A stretch of DNA of 64,000 bases from Octopus sinensis (Eukaryota): positions 71,734,001-71,798,000 of the forward strand of contig NC_042997.1 of assembly GCF_006345805.1 (NCBI RefSeq). Reading direction: 5' to 3'. The translations under genes were made by a program, and so were the position numbers. Positions within the stretch are counted from its first letter, which is position 1. Every line of letters starts with the position of its first letter. A model generated the notes under the pieces. The model made no database searches. It saw only the letters and a program-made list of their open reading frames with translations, and was not told the origin of the DNA. Shown piece by piece: positions 54,871-64,000 of this stretch.

Positions 54871-57403
54871 ATACACACACCGACGTACATACATACACAC
54901 ATATTTATACATACATCCACATCTGCACATGCACGCATGGCAGCATAATGCATACTGATATATATATAAACATAGGATCACGTAACTGTTAACCAAGAAA
55001 ATAAAACTATAGCCGGCGATAGAACTGCGACGACGATAGTGGTCGTAGTTGTGTGTGCAGTCGACGTAGCGGTTTCTGTGCCTCTATTGATGGTGGTGCT
55101 ATTTGTGGGTGTAGTACACACGTGTGTAAGCGTGTGGACGCATGCAGAAAAGATGCAAGCTCTGTGAGGAGAACGAACCATGTAGACAAGATGGAAGAGA
55201 GAAAGAGAAATAGACACACAGAAAGAGATAAATAAAATTTCGTGAATTTGAGTTGATAGCTGATATTCTAGAAATGTCACACCTCTTCTATATACATACA
55301 CCGTGCACGCGCGCGGTCAACGAAAGCAGGACAGTAAATCAACATCGGGTGCGAACCTGATTAATGTGATTCGAGTGCGCTCAGCAGAACATACATACGC
55401 ATATATATATATATATATATATATATGATATGCATACACATACAGACACTCAAAAATATGTGTGTAGATACGTGTGTTTTTGTATGTTCTAGTTGTGTTA
55501 TTTGATGTGCACGAATGCACATACGAGCCTCGAACGGCACACACCCCGCCCTAGTTACAATTATACGTATACACTCAAGCAAGTACGCATAGAAATACCA
55601 AACGCAAATACATCTGTGGCGGTGGCACGAGCCCATCCAGCTCTGAGGATAAAAGGTCACTGTTGTAATAATAGTAGGGAAAACAGATCGGCATGAATTT
55701 GAGTGGCCTTATTTGGATGCCTTCTAGATTGTATGTGTGTGAGGCATAGGTCTTGTCCTAGCGACGGTACATTACTGAGGGTCTTATCTGAATTTTGTAG
55801 AGGATTAATAGTTGTTGAGGAATGCCTGCCTCTGAAGGGAAATGCTAGTGTTTGAGATATATTTTCACTAGCGATGTAGGTTAGCCAACTCATTTCTAGA
55901 CATATGACCTTCTGTAATTTCTAAAGCACAAAGAAAATTGAAATAACACATACTGTGGATACCAAATTTCCCAAAGGAACGGAATTTGAACATGATATTT
56001 AAACGAATAGTAGTTTTGGTGGAGTTCTTGTTTTTTTTTTTTAAATAAAATAAAATAATTAATATCGTTGTGCTTTTAATTGCACAAGTCGTAGTTGTAG
56101 ATAATATCTTCATGTTTTTTTTCTTATAAATTGAGAAATGTACAACATATTGAAAGTGGTTACATTCATACATAAGTTGTTGATGAATACTAACTTTGGT
56201 TTAATGCTGAGAAAAATCTATAGTTTTACTGCAAACATTTTTTGCTTATTCGTTTGTCTTTGTTTGTTTGTTGTAAAAAGGTTTGCATAAGGTATCCTGT
56301 TAGTTTGGAAATTTATTATTATCCATAGTTATATAAAACCCTCTATACTTTGGGGCTACTCCACCAGTAGATACACTGCATTGTTTTCTAGTTATTTCGT
56401 TAGATTATTACTGAAATGATCATTCTTCATTATTGCTAGATAGTCAATGTTATCAGCTTTTATTTATAAGGCTGTTTATTTTATTTATTACATACATCCA
56501 TAGAGTATTAGCCCCGTTGAATATTTGAACTCAAAGACAAGTGCAATGGTCCAAGTCAATGGCTCACTGCATTATAGTGAAATAATATCTCATAGGATGT
56601 ACGTTGTGCCATTTGTCAACTGACCTTCTGCGATTATGTTGCTCTTCACCTCATTATCAGATTATAACCATTGTTTGGTTTATTATATGTATTTTTACTT
56701 CACAGTTTTTCTTTCCTGAGTTTAAGGTATTTGTATTAGTTTCAATGATATAATCACCTGTCTAACTACGTCATGGATTTACTACGTGATTTTAAGATAC
56801 GAGGAAAGGCAGAGACTAGGCCTATTGCTATGTGAACATGATAGCATATGCTATCAATACTACCTGAATTTTTGTGATATTTTGCTTTGTTGTTGTAGGC
56901 GATCAAATATAAACGATAATTATCTACAATAAAGATTTCCGTTGCCGGAATTTAGAACGATGTTGCGTTGTGGCAATAAATATACGTGGATTAAGTTCTG
57001 AAATGTTTAGATTTGTAGATGGAAAGTTAATTTTCACATAAGTTAGTGAGAGGAAGGAATGAAGCTCACATGACATTTACATGCATTCACAGGCAGCTGG
57101 AACTGCTGCATTTGATATTTATCTTAACTATCTGTGTAGATCTCTTTGCAGTAAAACGTAGGAGGATACAGAATTCCAGAGAAATGCAGTAGAAAGGATT
57201 TACTGAAATATATGAGTGGAGTTTGTGAGTTGGAAATGTACAGATGACGGCTGGAGGAGTAACAGGCGAACTATATAGGTCAGGGTAGAGAGGATATGTA
57301 GCAAGCAACTTCAAAAGGATTAAGACAGTAGAAGAAATACAGACACACACACGCATGTACGAGCACACACACACACACAAACACACACACACATACACAC
57401 ACA

Positions 57404-57438
<35 letters not shown>

Positions 57439-57599
57439 GTATATATAAATGTGTGTGCTATGATTGTGTGCATTTCAAAAATACTTTAAAATATTTAAAA
57501 ATCACCTGGGAGATTCTAAAAAACAAATTTACATGTAGCTGATGGAAGATGAGGACATCTTCGTGTAAGCGCTTTTCAATGGGATCGGCACTTCAAGCA

Positions 57600-58330
57600 C
57601 GCAGATTGTAAAGATGTTTTCTATGTATTTTCAGTTGAATTTCGAAGTGAAGACTTAAGCTGTTCTTCTTTACTTTCCGTAATAGTTCATTTTCTTCATA
57701 TTGTTTATGAAAGTGGAATATTTTGAATTTCCCATTGGCACAGATATCTATTCACTACATGGAACGTTCCTAATAAATGGATTCTTTGTTCACATACTTT
57801 AAACGTTCCTGTTCAACCAAGAATTCTTATTGTAAGGTGATCATGAAATGTAGTCAATAAGATTTTTCGTTTTGTAATGTCTATTTTTTATACCGGTATT
57901 AATCTTGAATTGTCTTTACAATTCTTGATTTTTCAAATTTTACCCTGAAAGTTCAAATCAAGCATCTCGCAGCCAATGTCTTCACATTTCGCTAGTAACA
58001 TAAATTTTTCTTCCAATGTATATCCGGCCTTTGTTAAAAATAATATAAGATTGGATGATTGTAAATGATGTGTGAATCTTTGTTACTTGACCTAGATTTG
58101 ATGTCTTGAGTAGAACCAGTATGTATCATTTTGCAGAATCTAAAGTGGTAGTTTGTTGGATTGTGACTGGTTACAAATGGTATATCGTATTTTGTGTCCT
58201 CTTCTTCATTGCGTGAGTCAAAGTTTGAGATTAGCTTTGTTTTGGAAGCAGCATCAATTATTAATCTTTCAGATACTTTTGTTTCTTAAGAAATACTTCT
58301 TTTAGATAAATCTCTGTACGTTTTACCATG
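57600..58330 (-). mobile_element. Degenerate Penelope-like element remnant
   Basis: Minus-strand DIPFVTSHNP (~58160-58190) resembles the Penelope RT/GIY-YIG linker; IDICANGKFKIF near 57715-57750. Heavily decayed; assignment is from recall. Confidence 0.45.
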
Positions 58331-58477
58331 TTAAGCGAGATATTAAAGTTTATGAACTGGTGTGTATTTGTTTCTTTACAGAAATCAGTCGTAATAATCA
58401 TATTTTCCTTGTAAGATGGACTTTGTCCATTATTGCACTAGTTTCGCATATAATTCAAGAGAGATACTTAAAATGTT

Positions 58478-58553
<76 letters not shown>

Positions 58554-59068
58554 TGTATGTGTGTTTGTGTGTGTGTGTGTTTGTGTGTGTGTCTGCATCT
58601 GTGTGTACGATGCGCTTACACACGATTTTCGACTACCAAATTCACTCATAAAACATTGATCCATCCGCAGTTATAGTAGAAGAAACTTGCTCAAGGAGCT
58701 ACACAGTGGGACTGAAACCAGCATCACCTTATTGCAATGCTTCTTAAAATCTCAAACACGTCTGCGCCTATATCACAGGTCTGCTGGCTATAATGCTTAT
58801 AGATTACGGGTAACACGTACAAGACTTGAGAATATGGAGATAAGGCTTTTGTTTACAATATTTTTACACGTGATTCTGTAACAATCGCAATAGACTACTT
58901 AAGTGTAAAGCGACGCAATACTTCTGCACACGTCACTTCATCAGACGTTTTATGAAAGATGGGTAATAATGTTCACTGATAGGTACATTACAATGTTTGA
59001 AAGAGAAAAGTAGTAAAGAGATTGTAGCATAGCTTGCAAAACTTCGCACAAAATAGGAAAAATTTAAC

Positions 59069-59104
<36 letters not shown>

Positions 59105-59115
59105 ACGTATGTATA

Positions 59116-59151
<36 letters not shown>

Positions 59152-59155
59152 TACG

Positions 59156-59194
<39 letters not shown>

Positions 59195-59295
59195 TATATA
59201 TATATGAATATAATATATTAATATATATACACATATGTATATATATATATACATATATGTTTATAAACACATACATATATATATACATATATATA

Positions 59296-59358
<63 letters not shown>

Positions 59359-60842
59359 TATGTTTGTATAAATATATGTACATATATATGCATATGTCGT
59401 GGAAGGAGAACCAGATGATATATTAACGATTGTAAATCATCCAAGATAATAGTAAAATTCGGGCTAAAACATTTTTAAGGATTTAAGGATTTAATACACA
59501 CACACACAAATGCATACACACATACACATGCACACAAAAACCAACACACATATGCCCACATACACACACGTAAGTGCGCTTTTAAGTGATTTATAGTTTG
59601 ATTTTCTTTTGCTTGGCAGGCGAAAGATTAAGTGGAAGAAAACCCACTCAACCAACGAAATTCTTTTTTATCCACATCTTATATCTTTTGACCGATTAAC
59701 CTCATAAAATAGTACCAGAATAAACGCATAAATGCATATATAAAAGCCTATACCATCTAAATATGATATGAACCCGAAGAGTGGTTTTAAATAAGTTGAA
59801 AGGAAAAAATATACTAAAAAACATTGGAATATAATAAAATAACATACATCTTGAGACGTGGCTATGGCAAACGATGTGAATAACGGGAAGGAAAGAGAAG
59901 CAGCCGGGGAAAAAGCAGAAGAAATCATTTATTGCCTAATATCTGGTGTTGACAATGGTATTACCTTTCATAAATCAAAGCTGTGATGAAGTAAATAGAA
60001 CCATGATAGGTTTATGGATATAAGACATTGCACTAACAGCTCAGGGGCAAACTGAAATACCTTGCAGGTGTTTCTATATCTTTCTGGGAAAATTAATTGA
60101 CTCTAAATTCCTCTTAGTTTACTTTGCAGCATAGGGACTAGATACAAGCGCTTTATTAAGGAAGGTTTACCAGCTACAACTTAAACACATGTGGATTTTC
60201 AATCATAACATACACTCCCTTGTAAATATTCTATTTACTTCAACTATAGCCTAGTCGCCTATTTGCAGCAGCTTGTTAATTTATAAAACACATTAGTAAA
60301 TTTTATTAGATAATATCATTTAAATGAATTGTTATAGACATTATATATGCCACTAGTCCTTTAATATAATTTACGTTAGTATTAAAAAGTCAGACAGTAA
60401 AACTTGATATTAAACTCTAGAGGAACCGGAAATTGAGCAGTAAGGAAGTTAATCTAGAGGATGATAACTCTATGTTTCTTTTACGAAACACCTGGAAATA
60501 AGTTCCAAAGTGAATTTTATTCTTTATCTTTTTTTGTAGGTTATGAGGTAATATAATACTGATACTGTAGCATTGAATAAAATCTATAATAATTCTCAGT
60601 TTTCGAATTGTAATAAATTTACAGATATCAAAGTGTTAAGAAACCGTGTGTAGATGCAGTTTTCCATTAGCTGTATTGGTTTCTTGGTGCCTGAGGCTAA
60701 TCGTAGGTGTGACTTACGGTAAGAAGTTTACTTCCTAACCACATAGTTTGGTAAGTGCCTTCTACTGTAGCCCAGGGCCGACTACACTCTTGTGGTGGGG
60801 GGGAATTCGTACATGAAACTGAAGAGAAGTCCGTCATAGCTG

Positions 60843-60880
<38 letters not shown>

Positions 60881-60882
<2 letters not shown>

Positions 60883-61424
60883 AGGGAATTACCACTATGT
60901 GGAAACCCTTACGCTAGGAGAAGATACGCTATGGTCTTACCACTAAGAATTGTTCTCTAGAAAATTTAGCAAACACCAGAAACGTAAGCGAACAAGACAA
61001 TTGAAAAGTAACAAAAATATAGATTAATCATAAACAAATGTTTCACAATCAACAAATTACGTGATTTTACTTACGTAATTTATCTGTAGATCTTCAGTAT
61101 GATCGTCCATACAAATATAATTTGTAGAACTACACACCAGACATCAATACGAGGTTGAATATGTATGCAGTTTTACCTATTTCACGCGTGGTTATTTTTC
61201 AAAAGTCTTCGTTTTGGCGTGCTAAATTACTGGAAATAATACTGCATAAAATAATTTACTGCAGTAGTCTTTGCCGGTTTGAGTAAGTAAAATTACGTAA
61301 TTGGTTGATAATGAGACATTTGTTTCTGGTGTTTTCTAAATTTTCTAGAGAACAATTCTTAGTGGTAAGACCATAGCGGATCTTCTTCTAGCGTAAGGGT
61401 TTCCACATAGTGGTAATTCCCTCT
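60881..61424. mobile_element. MITE with TIRs of at least 100 bp, TA-flanked
   Basis: agagggaattaccactatgtggaaacccttacgctag...tggtcttaccactaagaattgttctctagaaaatttag is mirrored at 61320-61424. Confidence 0.88.
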
Positions 61425-61589
61425 TATATGTATGTAATCCTATATACTGAACCTCAGTTTTTTAATATGCTAGACCACTGGTGTTATCAAATTGATATCC
61501 AATTTTTCACCCTCATTTTAATTTTAATTATCTACGTATATATATATATATATATATAGCTACCATAAACAGCACCGTCCCTAAGACAG

Positions 61590-62770
61590 TTCCCTGTGGC
61601 ATTCAATTCTCTACAACTGTCTCCTTGGAGAAAATTTCATTGGCTACCACAGTCTGGCTTCTGTCTTTTAAGAAGTTATGTAACTATTCTCCCAGTTTTC
61701 CGACTATGCCGCGTCTCCGGAGCTTATGCCATATCGTCCCGTGATCAAAAGCCTTTGCAAAATCGAGATATATCACATCCACGCTTGAGCGATTCATTAG
61801 TTGTTGCAACATCCAGTCATAATGAGGGAAGGCATTGCTGGGTTCCAAAGAGTAAGTCATAATCTTCTAGGAATGTGATCAAATCTCTGCCACGATTTTG
61901 TTGACATGTGAGGTTAGAGACGGATCTATAATTTTTAGCACTCACTCTACTACCTCCTTTATGGATAGAACATTTTATGCCTTCCTTTAACTTTCAGGGA
62001 AGCCTCCCATATGCAAGGAAGCTTTGGGAGGAGATCTGCAGTAGTCTTGCTAGAGCCCCATTGCATTTCGTTAGGAGGACTGCTAGGAATCCATTATTGC
62101 CTGTGGCTAAGTTTGAGCTCATTTCGTCAATGGCTATTACATCTGTTACCTCTATTATGATGTAATCAATAATTGCCTTCTCTGTACAGCTGTGGTGCCA
62201 GAACATTCATCAAACATGGTTATTGGCAAGTATCCAAACGGAGTTGTGAAAACACTTTTGTATTGCACACTTTTTTACAGCCCTTGCTTTTTTTTGCCCT
62301 CTCCTTTTCATGAGAGTTCACTTTCAGTTTCAAACGATGTTTGTTTTTGATAGGATTCTTCACTTAGACGGTTTGAGCTCATTAGAATCTTCCGATCACT
62401 GGGAATTTCTGCCTGTTTGGCATTCTCTCTGGAGCAAATGTACTGCATGTTATGCATGATTGTTATAAAGTGTTGTAGTTTTATGACAACACCTTGCATA
62501 GAGCGACTGGTAGACTTGTTTTGGTCCATGACCTCTTTGTGAATACCTTTCCAATATTGACCCCGAAATGATGAAAAGCAAAGTTAATCTCGCTGATATT
62601 TAAATGCAAAAAGCCAGAAGACTTTTCTTTGATACACTAACGATTTTTTCAGCTAGTCATCAGGTGATTTTAGAATGTCAACATATTCTTTCTAAACTTT
62701 TGATGTGCAGAAAACGGGGGAAATCCCTTGGCGCCTCTCAGAGATGTACTCAGTTTCCTTCTACTGCTAT
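61590..62770 (-). mobile_element. CR1/L2-type LINE RT remnant
   Basis: Minus-strand NYRSVSLTSHVNK and SSVDVIYLDFAKAFDHG..WHKLRRRGIVGKLGE*LHNFLKDRSQTVVAN. Confidence 0.82.
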
Positions 62771-63168
62771 ATAAAGTGGCTATAAACTAGGCAACAGCGT
62801 AATTAGAAGCTTAATTTGCACATATGTATTTTTAATGGCTTGAGATTTAAGATGTATATATTAAAATAGATATTTTATATACAACATATCATTATTCTAT
62901 TAATAGAATACACGCACACAAACATACCTATTGGTGATAGGTGTAAATGTGTGATAATAGAAGTTTTCTACAGCAGATATATGCTGTGCAGGATTCTGAT
63001 GAGCTGACATTCGATTGTATCGATGTAATGATATAAGTTGAGTCTATCGTTGCAATATATTAAAAATATAGCAATACACTTGAGTTCGAATGTTGTCAAA
63101 AGCTTTCGAGTAGTCGATGAAACAACTGTAAATTTATGTAATAAAATAATTTGCTCACTACACTCTCC

Positions 63169-63202
<34 letters not shown>

Positions 63203-63405
63203 TGTATGTATGTATGTATGTATGTATGTGTATTACGATTACAAATGTACTTATATATACGTGTACGCGCACGCACAATCATAAAGACGCTCCAACATAT
63301 ACGGGCGTGCACACTCACACAAAGAAATAGATATAGACAGAATGACAGACAGACACACAGACAGACACACAGACCGACATATAGATAGATAGATAGATAG
63401 ATAGG

Positions 63406-63518
<113 letters not shown>

Positions 63519-64000
63519 TATAAAATATCTGCACAAAAGACGCTGTGACTTTTGAAAGGTGCTTTTATCCTCGTTGAGATGTGTGAAGTAGAGAGTTAAG
63601 TACTAGATAACCCATCAAAGTATTGTTTGTATGCAGATTATATATTCCTAGTTGATAAAGTTATTCAGCAGTTACTAAACACCGGAAACACACACCAGGA
63701 CCAAAATGGACTATGAAAATGAACAGCATAATAAGAACAAATATCGATTTATTAATTAGGTAAAAGGTCGCATATTTATAAGGTGTATGTGTTAATTTGC
63801 GAAATTATAACAAAGGCAGCATCTAAACAACCGTGAAATATCCATCACGGTTGGTTTGAGAAAATAAAAACAGATGAAAATACATGGGCAGTTGTTGGGG
63901 ATTTAAAGCTGTATATAATTTATCCATGCAACCTCTTTCACATGCCTGCTGGGATGGAGTACCAGATGACCCACAAGAATAGAGCACTATATGACATATG

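Noticed and set aside
54978-55301. Thr-rich ORF with a hydrophobic end, considered as an ADAMTS signal-peptide exon
   Set aside because: The hydrophobic stretch is C-terminal and followed by a stop; no credible donor.
60895-60915. Plus-strand HYVETLT resembling ADAMTS VETLVV
   Set aside because: Wrong strand and inside a MITE TIR.

Overview
AT-rich, microsatellite-dense animal genomic DNA. The tRNA-derived SINE families resemble those I recall from octopus, so a coleoid cephalopod is likely (inference). The only host gene I can support is on the minus strand: four in-phase GT-AG exons (24155-23996, 22705-22600, 18013-17876, 5791-5638; 186 aa) of an ADAMTS16/18-like metalloprotease, covering the catalytic domain (HEIGH|NFGMLHD, Met-turn IMSP) and the start of the disintegrin-like domain. 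I found none of its other exons. The rest is mostly mobile DNA: R4/Dong-clade RLE LINE copies sitting in (AAT)n arrays; three copies of a ~550-bp non-coding element embedded in the same arrays; an RT-deleted Tx1/L1-clade LINE; a CR1-type RT remnant; Penelope-like remnants and repeats; an internally deleted mariner; MITEs; a non-autonomous Helitron; and many SINEs. The most interesting points are the (TAA)n-associated LINE plus putative passenger pair, an ~875-bp palindrome with hammerhead-like motifs and other hairpins around the catalytic exons, and a 54-nt GT-AG segment that would fuse Tx1 ORF1 to ORF2 in frame. Most ORFs in the supplied track are microsatellite translations.
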